From Actinomycetota bacterium (GTDB lineage: Bacteria > Actinomycetota > Thermoleophilia > Gaiellales > Gaiellaceae): a stretch of DNA of 32,786 nucleotides. The notes under the pieces were generated by a model, which was not told the DNA's origin, ran no database searches, and saw nothing but the letters and a program-made list of their open reading frames with translations. Position 1 is the first letter of the stretch. The number at the start of each line of letters is the position of its first letter. Positions 24,273 through 32,212 of the stretch are shown here, piece by piece. The position numbers were made by a program, and so were the translations under genes. The stretch is from assembly GCA_046728775.1 (NCBI GenBank), contig JBKPFI010000301.1, forward strand, positions 1 through 32,786. Reading direction: 5' to 3'.

Positions 24273-24425
24273 ACACGGAGTGTTCACGCTGGGGAAAGGT
24301 CCCGGGAAACCGGGAGGTTTCCCGCAACGCAATCCTGCCGAGCCGCGCCGACCTGCGCGGCGCGGATCGGCAGGCGCGGTCAGAAGAAGAAGGGGGCACG
24401 CGGGGGAAACATGGTTTCCCCTGCG
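24267..24425 (+). other. Cluster of four strong inverted repeats (hairpins) filling the alaS-ruvX spacer
   Basis: H1 is GCGTGAACAC-GGA-GTGTTCACGC (24267-24289, spanning the alaS stop). H2 is CGGGAAACC-GGGA-GGTTTCCCG (24303-24324). H3 is a 16-bp stem at 24334-24374 with one 1x1 internal loop. H4 is a 12-bp stem at 24399-24425 with core GGGGAAAC-ATG-GTTTCCCC. Confidence 0.6.
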
Positions 24426-24450
24426 GGAGCGACCTACTGGCGAGCGACGC

Positions 24451-24849
24451 GTGAAAATCGTTGCGCTGGACTACGGCTCGGCGCGGACGGGCGTCGCGGT
24501 CTCCGATCCCACGGGCACGATTGCCCGCCCACTGGGCGTCGTCGAGCGCGCGGCGAGCGAGGCCGGGCTCGAGCGGCTCGCGCGGCTGATCCGCGAGGAG
24601 GGGGCCGAGCGCGTGGTCGTGGGCCTGCCACTGACCCTGCGCGGCGATCGCGGCGGTCAGGCGCAGGAGACGGACGCGTTCGTCGAGGCTCTGCGCGGCG
24701 CCGTGGACGTGCCGGTCGAGAGCTACGACGAGCGGTTCACGACGGGCCTCGCCGCCACGGTCGGCTCCGGTGAGGCCCCCGAGGACGCGCGCGCCGCGGC
24801 GCACCTGCTGTCGAGCTACCTCGCGTGGTCGAGCAGCGCAAGGGAGTGA
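24451..24849 (+). CDS. ruvX: Holliday junction resolvase-like RuvX (YqgF)
   Basis: 132 aa from GTG 24451. IVALDYGSARTGVAVSD ... VVVGLPLTLRG ... DERFTT is typical of YqgF. Confidence 0.88.
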   Translation: MKIVALDYGSARTGVAVSDPTGTIARPLGVVERAASEAGLERLARLIREEGAERVVVGLPLTLRGDRGGQAQETDAFVEALRGAVDVPVESYDERFTTGLAATVGSGEAPEDARAAAHLLSSYLAWSSSARE

Positions 24850-25745
24850 TGCCGCCGCGGCCGCGGCCGCCCGAGCGGACGCCGAAGGCGGTCATCTACC
24901 GCCGACGCATCGTCGCGTTAGCGGTGCTGGTCGCTGGGTTCCTGATCGCGTGGTTCGCAGTCGCGAGCGTCGGCGGAAGCGACAAGCCTGCGCCGCCGCC
25001 GCCGACGAGGACCGCGCTCGCGAAGCCGAAGCCGTTCCGGGTCGTCTTCCCGGAAGGCTTCACGCGCCGACAGATGGCAGAACGCGTGAACGCGGTCGCG
25101 GGCATCGCGCGCCGCGAGCGCGGCAAGCGCGTGCGCCTCCGGGCGCGGACCTACCTCGCGGCAACGGTGAAATCTCGCCGCGAGCCCGGCTTCGGAAGCC
25201 GGCCGCTCCCGCTCGAGGGCTTCCTCTTTCCGGCGACGTACGACTTCACCGCGCGTACGACATCGCCGCAGCTGGTCACGGCTCAGCTCGAGGCCTTTCG
25301 CCGCAACTGGGCGAAGGTCGATCTCCGCTACGCGGGCTCGAAGAACCTGACGCCGTACGACGTCCTGATCATCGCCTCGATGGTCGAGAAGGAGACGCTC
25401 TCGCCCGACGCGCGGCAGCTCGTCGCGGCGGTGATCTACAACCGGCTGCACAAGCGGATGGCGCTCGGGATCGACGCGACGCTGCGCTACGGCCTCCACA
25501 TCCCGCCGACCGAGTCGATTCGCCAGTCGCAGCTGCAGAGCTCGAGCCCCTACAACACGCGCAACCGTCCCGGCCTGACGCCGACGCCGATCGCCAACCC
25601 TGGGCTCGCCTCGATGCAGGCCGCCGCGCACCCGGCGAAGGTCGACTACCTCTACTTCGTGCGACAGCCGGACAAGAAGCACCACTTCTTCACGTCGAGC
25701 TTCTCCGAGTTCGAGCAGTACAAGGCCGCGCACGGCTACGGATGA
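24849..25745 (+). CDS. mltG: Endolytic murein transglycosylase MltG (YceG-like)
   Basis: 298 aa from ATG 24849, overlapping the ruvX stop (TGATG); GTG 24846 or 24825 are alternatives. An N-terminal TM anchor is followed by ASMVEKETLSPDARQLVAAVIYNRL ... SPYNTRNRPGLTPTPIANPG. Confidence 0.87.
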   Translation: MPPRPRPPERTPKAVIYRRRIVALAVLVAGFLIAWFAVASVGGSDKPAPPPPTRTALAKPKPFRVVFPEGFTRRQMAERVNAVAGIARRERGKRVRLRARTYLAATVKSRREPGFGSRPLPLEGFLFPATYDFTARTTSPQLVTAQLEAFRRNWAKVDLRYAGSKNLTPYDVLIIASMVEKETLSPDARQLVAAVIYNRLHKRMALGIDATLRYGLHIPPTESIRQSQLQSSSPYNTRNRPGLTPTPIANPGLASMQAAAHPAKVDYLYFVRQPDKKHHFFTSSFSEFEQYKAAHGYG

Positions 25746-26425
25746 CCCGCGTCGCGCTGCTGGGCAAGCCGGTGGCCGAGTCGCTCTCTCCGCGGATGCA
25801 GAACGCGGCCTTCGTCGCGCGCGGACTGGACTGGGAGTACGTTCCGCTGGAGGTCGAGCCGGACGGTCTGGCCGAGGCGGTCGCCGGCCTCGTTTCGGGC
25901 GGGTACGCGGGGGCGAACGTGACGATTCCTCACAAGCAGGCGGTCGTGCCGCTTTGCGACGAGGCGGAGGGAGCCTCGGTGAACACGCTCGTGCTCCGCG
26001 AGCGACGCGTGCTCGGCTTGAACACCGACAAGGAGATCGTGGCGGGGATCGAGGCCTCTCGCGTTTGCCTGATCGGGGCCGGCGGGGCCGCGCAGGCGCT
26101 CATGCCCGCGCTCGCGGGCGAAGTGCGGGTCTTCTCGCGGGGCGGCGACTGGCCTCCGGACGCGTCCGGCTGCGACCTCGTGGTGAACGCGACGCCCGTG
26201 CGCGACGAGCTGCTCGTCGAGCCGCGGCCCGAGCAGGCGGTGGTCGACCTCGCCTACCGAGCCGACGGCACGCCCACGCTGCTGGTGGGTGCGGCCCATG
26301 CGGCGGGGTGCCGCCTCGTCGTCGACGGCCTCGAGGCGCTCGTGCGCCAGGGTGCGGCCTCGTTCGAGCTCTGGACCGGCCTCGAGGCTCCCGTCGAGGT
26401 GATGCGCTCGGCGGTCCTAGCCTGA
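25742..26425 (+). CDS. aroE: Shikimate dehydrogenase (compact form)
   Basis: 227 aa from ATG 25742, overlapping the mltG stop (ATGA). Motifs: SLSPRMQNAAF, GANVTIPHK, NTD and IGAGGAAQA. The rest of ORF 24770 is over-extension. Confidence 0.85.
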   Translation: MTRVALLGKPVAESLSPRMQNAAFVARGLDWEYVPLEVEPDGLAEAVAGLVSGGYAGANVTIPHKQAVVPLCDEAEGASVNTLVLRERRVLGLNTDKEIVAGIEASRVCLIGAGGAAQALMPALAGEVRVFSRGGDWPPDASGCDLVVNATPVRDELLVEPRPEQAVVDLAYRADGTPTLLVGAAHAAGCRLVVDGLEALVRQGAASFELWTGLEAPVEVMRSAVLA

Positions 26426-27532
26426 AGGCAGAAGCCAGGCGACGACCGCCGCCAGACCGGTCACCGCGCCGACTCTGAGCCCGGTCTCGTTGTCGCTGCG
26501 GAAGTGGATCCCGCCGTAGAGCCGTGAGAGGGCGGCCTCGCGGGCCCGGTCCGAGAGCTGCTGCGCCTCTTCCGGGAAGAACGCCGAGAGCACGGTCGCG
26601 GCGGCGGCCGAGGTAGTCGAGTGGCCGGAGATGTAGCTCGGGAAGGGCGGGGTCGTGATCAGCGGCATCCAGGCCGGGTCGAGCTCACGCTGGATCGCGG
26701 TGGCCGGCCGGAGCGACCAGTACGTGTACTTCGTGAGCCAGGCGCAGATGAACGCGTCGGCCTGTGCGGTGTTCAGCGTCGCGAACAGAAGCGCCTCGCG
26801 CCGCAGCGACAGTGGGTGCGTCTCGAGCAACTCGACGGCGATCGCGTTCCAGTGCCCCGCCGGGGTGAACGTGCCCGCGCCGTCGGCCCAGAAGAGCGCG
26901 ATTGCCCGCTGCTCCTGGGTCAGCGTCTGCGAGACGTCGTAGACCTCGTGCACCTCGGCCTCGAACTGCACGCTGCCGGGGCGAGGCGGCGGGGGAGGCA
27001 GCAACGCGCCGGGTGTCTCCACGTTCCACGGCTCGACCTGGCCCCAGCCCGGCAGCAGCGGCGGCAGAAAGCCGGGCGGCGTCGGGACCCAGAACTCGGG
27101 TCCGACCGGGATCGTGCCGTTCCAAGGGATGTCGGCGCCGTCGCCGGCCGCGCGTTGCAGCAGCTTCCGTCCGGCGCGGACGCCGGCGCTGAACCCGGAC
27201 TCGCCGGCGGAGCGCTGCGCCAGGCTCTCAAAGGCGGCTGCCCGGTCCGGGAAGAAGTAGGGCAGCACCGTCGAGGCGGCGCCGTCGACCGCGGCGGCGG
27301 CGGCCGTGTGGCCGTCCACGCGCTCGACGCCGCGCTCCACGGCGACGCTCAGCGTCGCAAGCAGGCGCGAGGCGTGCGGCGGGTCGAGGCGGTGCGCGGC
27401 GACCTCGTCGAGCGTGAGGCCGATCCATTCGGTTACGGGTTGCTCGGCTGACGCGGGCTCCGCGCGCGCGGACGGCGCGAGTAGCGCGGCAGCGACGATC
27501 GACACGACGACCATGCGTCGGACTGCGGCCAC
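26417..27532 (-). CDS. Secreted PAP2-superfamily protein (vanadium haloperoxidase / acid phosphatase-like)
   Basis: PAP2 motifs are present: K..YWSLRP, PSYISGHS and SRLYGGIHFRSD. The signal peptide is (V)AAVRRMVVVSIVAAALLAPSARA. GTG 27532 is preferred, with GAGGGGGG 4 nt upstream; ATG 27514 is an alternative. The remainder of ORF 26417..28321 is antisense to aroC. Confidence 0.8.
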   Translation of the reverse strand: MAAVRRMVVVSIVAAALLAPSARAEPASAEQPVTEWIGLTLDEVAAHRLDPPHASRLLATLSVAVERGVERVDGHTAAAAAVDGAASTVLPYFFPDRAAAFESLAQRSAGESGFSAGVRAGRKLLQRAAGDGADIPWNGTIPVGPEFWVPTPPGFLPPLLPGWGQVEPWNVETPGALLPPPPPRPGSVQFEAEVHEVYDVSQTLTQEQRAIALFWADGAGTFTPAGHWNAIAVELLETHPLSLRREALLFATLNTAQADAFICAWLTKYTYWSLRPATAIQRELDPAWMPLITTPPFPSYISGHSTTSAAAATVLSAFFPEEAQQLSDRAREAALSRLYGGIHFRSDNETGLRVGAVTGLAAVVAWLLPSG

Positions 27533-27580
27533 GATTCCCCCCTCGGAGCGCGCGCTCAGGATAGCCCGTTTGGCGGGCAC

Positions 27581-27586
27581 TAGGCT
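27581..27586 (+). promoter_or_regulatory. -10-like hexamer positioned for a leaderless aroC transcript
   Basis: TAGGCT (27581-27586), then 6 nt, then GTG 27593. Confidence 0.35.
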
Positions 27587-27592
27587 TCGTCC

Positions 27593-28675
27593 GTGAGCCT
27601 GGCCCTCGTCACCGCCGGCGAATCCCACGGCCCCGCGCTCGTGGGCATCGTCACCGGCTTGCCGGCGGGCCTGATGCTCGACCGCGAGGCGATCGACGCG
27701 GATCTCGCGCGGCGTCAGGAGGGCTACGGCCGCAGCCCTCGGCAACGGCTCGAGCAGGACAGGGTCGAGGTGCTCGCCGGGCTGCGGCACGGGCGGACGC
27801 TCGGGACGCCGCTCGCGCTCGTCGTGCGCAACCGCGATCACGAGAACTGGGCCTGGGGGATGAGCCCGTGGCCGCCGGAGGGCGAGGCCACCGGGAAGGG
27901 GACAAAGCCCGTGACCCTGCCCCGCCCGGGGCACGCCGACCTCGCCGGCTCGCTGAAGTATGGGCTCGCGGACGCGCGGGACGCGCTGGAGCGCGCAAGC
28001 GCGCGGCAGACCGCGGTCGCGGTGGCGGCAGGCGGGGTCGTGAAGGCGCTGCTCGCGGAGATCGACGTCGTCGTGCTCGGCCGCGCGGTCACCGAGGCGC
28101 TCGACCAGCGGATCGACGAGGCGCGGGCCGAGCGGGACACCGTCGGCGGGATCGTCGAGGTCGTCGCGCACGGCGTGCCTCCCGGGCTGGGGTCGTACGC
28201 GTCGAAGGAGCAGCGCCTCGACACAGGGCTCGCCGCCGCGCTGATGGGGATCCAGGCGGTCAAGGGGGTGGAGATCGGCGCGGGCTTCGAGCTGGCGGAG
28301 CGGCGCGGCTCCGAGGCGCACGACGAGATCCTCGCCGACGCGGGCGGCGCGCTCTACCGCGAGACGAACTTCGCCGGCGGGATCGAGGGGGGCGTCTCGA
28401 ACGGGGAGCCGGTGGTCGTGCGAGCGGCCATGAAGCCGCTGCCGACGCTGATGCGGCCGCTGCGCTCGGTCGATCTCCAGACCGGCGAAGCGGGCGAGGC
28501 GCTGGTCGAGCGCAGCGACGTGGCGGCCGTGGAGGCTCTGGCCGTGGTCGCCGAGGCCGCGGTTGCCTTCGAGCTCGCGCGTGCGGCGCGCGAGAAGTTC
28601 GGCGGCGACTCGGTGGCGGACTTCGTGGCCGCGTGGCGCGCGTACGTAGAGCGGATTCCGTGGCGCACGCGCTAG
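27593..28675 (+). CDS. aroC: Chorismate synthase
   Basis: 360 aa. Motifs include TAGESHG, RRQEGYGRSPRQ and RPGHADL. Confidence 0.93.
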   Translation: MSLALVTAGESHGPALVGIVTGLPAGLMLDREAIDADLARRQEGYGRSPRQRLEQDRVEVLAGLRHGRTLGTPLALVVRNRDHENWAWGMSPWPPEGEATGKGTKPVTLPRPGHADLAGSLKYGLADARDALERASARQTAVAVAAGGVVKALLAEIDVVVLGRAVTEALDQRIDEARAERDTVGGIVEVVAHGVPPGLGSYASKEQRLDTGLAAALMGIQAVKGVEIGAGFELAERRGSEAHDEILADAGGALYRETNFAGGIEGGVSNGEPVVVRAAMKPLPTLMRPLRSVDLQTGEAGEALVERSDVAAVEALAVVAEAAVAFELARAAREKFGGDSVADFVAAWRAYVERIPWRTR

Positions 28676-30066
28676 ACCGGCACGTCGCGCTCGTCGGCTT
28701 CATGGGCGCCGGCAAGACCACGCTCGGCAGGGCCGCGGCGCAGGTCCTCGGACGGCGCTTCGTCGACCTCGACCGGGAGCTCGAGCGCTCGCTGCAGACG
28801 ACGATCCCGGAGCTGTTCGAGCAGCGCGGCGAGGCGCAGTTCCGCGTCCTCGAGCGCGAGGCGGCGCTTGGCGCGCTGTGCAACGAGCGGCCGGCCGTGA
28901 TCGCGCTGGGCGGCGGCGCGGTCGAGACGAGATCGATCCTGCGCACGCTCCGCGACCGTGCGCTGACCGTGCTCGTCGAGGTAGACCCGGCCACGGCCTG
29001 GACGCGAGTCGGCGGGAGCGCCCGGCCGCTCGCACGCGACGAGGAGCGCTTTCGCGAGCTCTTCGCTCAGCGCGAGCCGCTCTACGCGGAGGCGGCCGAC
29101 GCCGTCGCGACGGACGTCGACGGCATCGTGCTCGCGGCCGCGGGCGTCGTGGTCGAGCAGGGCTCGCTCGCGCGACTGTCCGAGCTCGTCCCCGACGGCG
29201 AGGTCGAGGTGGTGGGGGACGCGACCGTGCTCGGGCTCCACCGCCCGTCGCTCGAGGCGCCGGTGCACGCGCTCCGCGGCGGGGAGGAGGCGAAGGGCCT
29301 CCGGGCGGTCGAGCGGCTCTGGCGCGAGCTGCGGCTGGGCCGTGACGGGACGCTGGTCGGATTCGGCGGGGGTTGCACCACGGACGCGGCGGGGTTCGCA
29401 GCGGCGACGTACCTGCGCGGGATCGACTGGGTCGCGGTCCCGACGACGCTGGTCGGCCAGGTCGACGCGGCAATCGGCGGCAAGACGGCGGTGAACCTTC
29501 CCGAGGGCAAGAACCTGGTGGGCGCCTTCCACTGGCCCGTGCGCACGGTGATCGACCCGGCGCTGCTCGAGACGCTGCCGGAGAGCGAGCGGCGAGCTGG
29601 GATGGCCGAGGTCGTGAAGACGGGGCTCCTGGCAGGCGAGCCGCTCTGGGAGCTGCCGACCGCCGAGCTCGTTCGACGGTGCGCCGCGTACAAGGCGGCG
29701 GTGTGCTTGCGCGACCCGCACGAGCAGGGCGAGCGGGCCGTGCTGAACCTCGGGCACACGTTCGCGCACGCGCTCGAGGCGGCGGGGGAGTACCAGCGGC
29801 TGAGCCACGGCGAGGCGGTCGCGCTCGGGCTGCTCGCGGCGCTGCGGCTGTCGGGACTGGACACGGCGCCGGTGGAGGAGGTGCTCCAGCCGCGCCCGGT
29901 GCAGGTGAACCGCGTGGCCGCCTGGGCGGCGCTGGCGCGCGACAAGAAGGCGCGCAACGGCACGCCGAGGCTCGTCCTCCTGGAGAAGCCGGGCAAGCCG
30001 ATCACCGGCGTCGAGCTCCCGGAGGAACAGGTGCGAGCCGCCCTCGACGAGCTGATCGCCGACTGA
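28660..30066 (+). CDS. aroKB: Bifunctional shikimate kinase / 3-dehydroquinate synthase (AroK-AroB fusion)
   Basis: 468 aa from GTG 28660, overlapping aroC by 16 nt. The P-loop GFMGAGKTT and an AroK core are followed, with no stop, by AroB motifs GFGGGCTTDAAGFAAATYLRGIDWVAVPTTLVGQVDAAIGGKTAVN ... LNLGHTFAHALE ... HGEAVALG. The upstream part of ORF 27868 is over-extension. Confidence 0.85.
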   Translation: MAHALDRHVALVGFMGAGKTTLGRAAAQVLGRRFVDLDRELERSLQTTIPELFEQRGEAQFRVLEREAALGALCNERPAVIALGGGAVETRSILRTLRDRALTVLVEVDPATAWTRVGGSARPLARDEERFRELFAQREPLYAEAADAVATDVDGIVLAAAGVVVEQGSLARLSELVPDGEVEVVGDATVLGLHRPSLEAPVHALRGGEEAKGLRAVERLWRELRLGRDGTLVGFGGGCTTDAAGFAAATYLRGIDWVAVPTTLVGQVDAAIGGKTAVNLPEGKNLVGAFHWPVRTVIDPALLETLPESERRAGMAEVVKTGLLAGEPLWELPTAELVRRCAAYKAAVCLRDPHEQGERAVLNLGHTFAHALEAAGEYQRLSHGEAVALGLLAALRLSGLDTAPVEEVLQPRPVQVNRVAAWAALARDKKARNGTPRLVLLEKPGKPITGVELPEEQVRAALDELIAD

Positions 30067-30087
30067 GCGGGGGGTACGCTCCCGGCC

Positions 30088-30519
30088 ATGCGCGTCGCCG
30101 TTCTCAATGGCGTCAACCTCGACGTCCTCGACCGCCGCGACCCGAGGATGTACGGCGGGCTCAGCCTCAACCAGCTCGAGAGCCGCATCTACGAGTGGGC
30201 GCGCGAGCTCGAGCTCGTCGCCGAGTGCCGCCAGACCAACAGCGAGGCCGAGTACGTCGGCTGGTGCCACGACGCCTACGACTGGGCCGGAGGCGTAATC
30301 GTCAACCCGGGATCCTGGACGCACTACAGCTACGCGATCCACGACGCGCTCGAGCCGTTTACGGTCCCGATCGTGGAAGTGCACCTCTCGAACGTCGACG
30401 AGCGCGAGGAGTGGCGGCGGCACTCGGTGATCGCGGACGTCGCCGCAGCAAGGATCGTCGGCAAAGGGCCCGACGGCTACCGCGACGCGCTCGCGTTCCT
30501 GGCGGACCAGCGGCCGTGA
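30088..30519 (+). CDS. aroQ: Type II 3-dehydroquinate dehydratase
   Basis: 143 aa. Motifs: VLNGVNLD, NPGSWTHYSYA and VEVHLSNV. Confidence 0.93.
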   Translation: MRVAVLNGVNLDVLDRRDPRMYGGLSLNQLESRIYEWARELELVAECRQTNSEAEYVGWCHDAYDWAGGVIVNPGSWTHYSYAIHDALEPFTVPIVEVHLSNVDEREEWRRHSVIADVAAARIVGKGPDGYRDALAFLADQRP

Positions 30520-30568
30520 ATCGCATCGACCACGCGACGCGTTCCGGGATCACGACGGAGGTGCGGCC

Positions 30569-31603
30569 ATCGAACGCATAGACGCGCTTCGTCGTGCCAT
30601 CGAGGAGCCGCTGCTCGTCTCGCACAGCGTCAACGTCCGCTACCTCACCGGCTTCCAGAGCTCGAACGCGGCGCTGCTCGTCGAGCCCGACCGCGTGCGG
30701 CTCTTCAGCGACTTCCGCTACGCGGAGGCCGCGCGCGCGGTCGAGGGCGTCGAGTTCGTCGAGACCAGGCGCTCGCTGTTCGCCTCGCTCGCCGAGCTGC
30801 TCGACGGCCGCATCGGCTTCGAGGCCGACGCCGTCACCTACGCGGGCTGGGAGACGCTCGGCTCGGACGGCCTCGAGCTCGTCCCGCGGCGGGGACTGGT
30901 CGAGGCGCTGCGCGCAGTCAAGGACGACGAAGAGCTCGACACGATCCGCCGGGCAGCTGAGATCACGAGCGAGGCCTACGCGCGGTTCGCGGAGGAGTCG
31001 TTCGTCGGTCGCAGCGAGCGCGAGCTGGCGTGGCGCCTGGACGACCTCTTCCACGAGCTCGGGGCGCACGGTCCGGCCTTCGAGACGATCGTCGCCTCGG
31101 GCCCCAATGCCGCGCGCCCGCACGGGCGTCCGACCGATCGCGAGGTCGAGGCGGGGGAAACCGTCGTGGTCGATGCGGGAGCACGCCTCGACGGCTACTG
31201 CGCCGACTGCACGCGCACCTTTGCGACCGGCCCGCTCGCCGGCCGGCTCAAGGACGCCTATGCCGCCTGCCTCGAAGGCCAGCTGGCGGGGCTCGAGGCG
31301 GTGCGGGCGGGAGTCACAGGGGTCGACGCGGACGCGGCGGCTCGCGAGCGGATCGACGCCGCCGGCCTGGGCGACGATTTCGGTCACGGGCTCGGCCACG
31401 GCGTGGGGCTCGACGTCCACGAGGCGCCGCGGCTCTCGCGCGAGTCGACCGACACGCTCGCCGTCGGCAACGTCGTGACGGTCGAGCCGGGCATCTACCT
31501 CGAGGGCCTCGGCGGCATCCGGATCGAGGACCTCGTGATCGTCCGCGACGGCGCCCCGGAGGTGCTCACGGGCTACACGAAGGACCTTGTGACCGTGGAC
31601 TAG
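30569..31603 (+). CDS. M24-family Xaa-Pro peptidase (PepP/PepQ-like); start codon unresolved
   Basis: Metal ligand motifs are VVVDAGARLDGYCADCTRT, HGLGHGVGLDVHE and GGIRIED. The family-typical N-terminal sequence VNVRYLTGFQSSNAALLV...FSDFRY lies upstream of the ORF-track GTG 30695, in the same open frame. ATC 30569 is proposed because GGAGG (30557-30561) sits 7 nt upstream. Confidence 0.78.
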   Translation: MERIDALRRAIEEPLLVSHSVNVRYLTGFQSSNAALLVEPDRVRLFSDFRYAEAARAVEGVEFVETRRSLFASLAELLDGRIGFEADAVTYAGWETLGSDGLELVPRRGLVEALRAVKDDEELDTIRRAAEITSEAYARFAEESFVGRSERELAWRLDDLFHELGAHGPAFETIVASGPNAARPHGRPTDREVEAGETVVVDAGARLDGYCADCTRTFATGPLAGRLKDAYAACLEGQLAGLEAVRAGVTGVDADAAARERIDAAGLGDDFGHGLGHGVGLDVHEAPRLSRESTDTLAVGNVVTVEPGIYLEGLGGIRIEDLVIVRDGAPEVLTGYTKDLVTVD

Positions 31604-31619
31604 ACTCGGGGCGCGCGCC

Positions 31620-32186
31620 GTGGCCGAGACCGTCTCCACGAACCAGTTCCGGAACGGGATGCACATCCAGCTCGAGGGCTCGGTGTGGCGGATTCTCGAG
31701 TTTCAGCACGTGAAGCCCGGCAAGGGCGGCGCCTTCGTCCGCTCGCGGCTGCGCAACCTCGACTCCGGCGCGGTCGTGGACAAGACCTTCCGCGCCGGCG
31801 AGAAGTTCACGCGCGTGCACACGGAGGTCAAGGAGGTGCAGTACCTCTACGACGCCAGCGACGAGGTCGTCTTCATGGACACCGAGACGTACGAGCAGTT
31901 CTCGCTCCCGCACGCGACAGTGGAGGACGCGTTGCCCTACCTCGAGCCCAGCTCGACGGTGCAGGTGCTCGCGGTGGACGGCCGGCCCGCGGGCGTGCAG
32001 CTGCCGTCCTCGGTCGAGCTCGCGGTGGCCGAGACCGAGCCCGGCGTTCGCGGCGACACGGTCTCGAACGTGACGAAGCCCGCCAAGCTCGAGACGGGCG
32101 CGGTCGTGCAGGTGCCGCTGTTCGTGAACGTGGGCGACCGGGTCAAGGTCGACCCGCGCGAGGGCCGGTACATCTCCAGAGCCTGA
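31620..32186 (+). CDS. efp: Elongation factor P
   Basis: 188 aa with GTG start. HVKPGKGGAFVRSRLRNL contains the modified-lysine loop, and the typical C-terminal VQVPLFVNVGDRVKVD is present. Confidence 0.95.
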   Translation: MAETVSTNQFRNGMHIQLEGSVWRILEFQHVKPGKGGAFVRSRLRNLDSGAVVDKTFRAGEKFTRVHTEVKEVQYLYDASDEVVFMDTETYEQFSLPHATVEDALPYLEPSSTVQVLAVDGRPAGVQLPSSVELAVAETEPGVRGDTVSNVTKPAKLETGAVVQVPLFVNVGDRVKVDPREGRYISRA

Positions 32187-32212
32187 ACGGCTCGCGTGCG
32201 CTGATAGTCTCC

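Noticed and set aside
31601-31619. TAGACT immediately after the peptidase stop, considered as a leaderless promoter for efp.
   Set aside because: The hexamer is 13 nt from GTG 31620, too far for the leaderless geometry seen at alaS, mnmA and aroC. efp is more simply co-transcribed with the peptidase gene.
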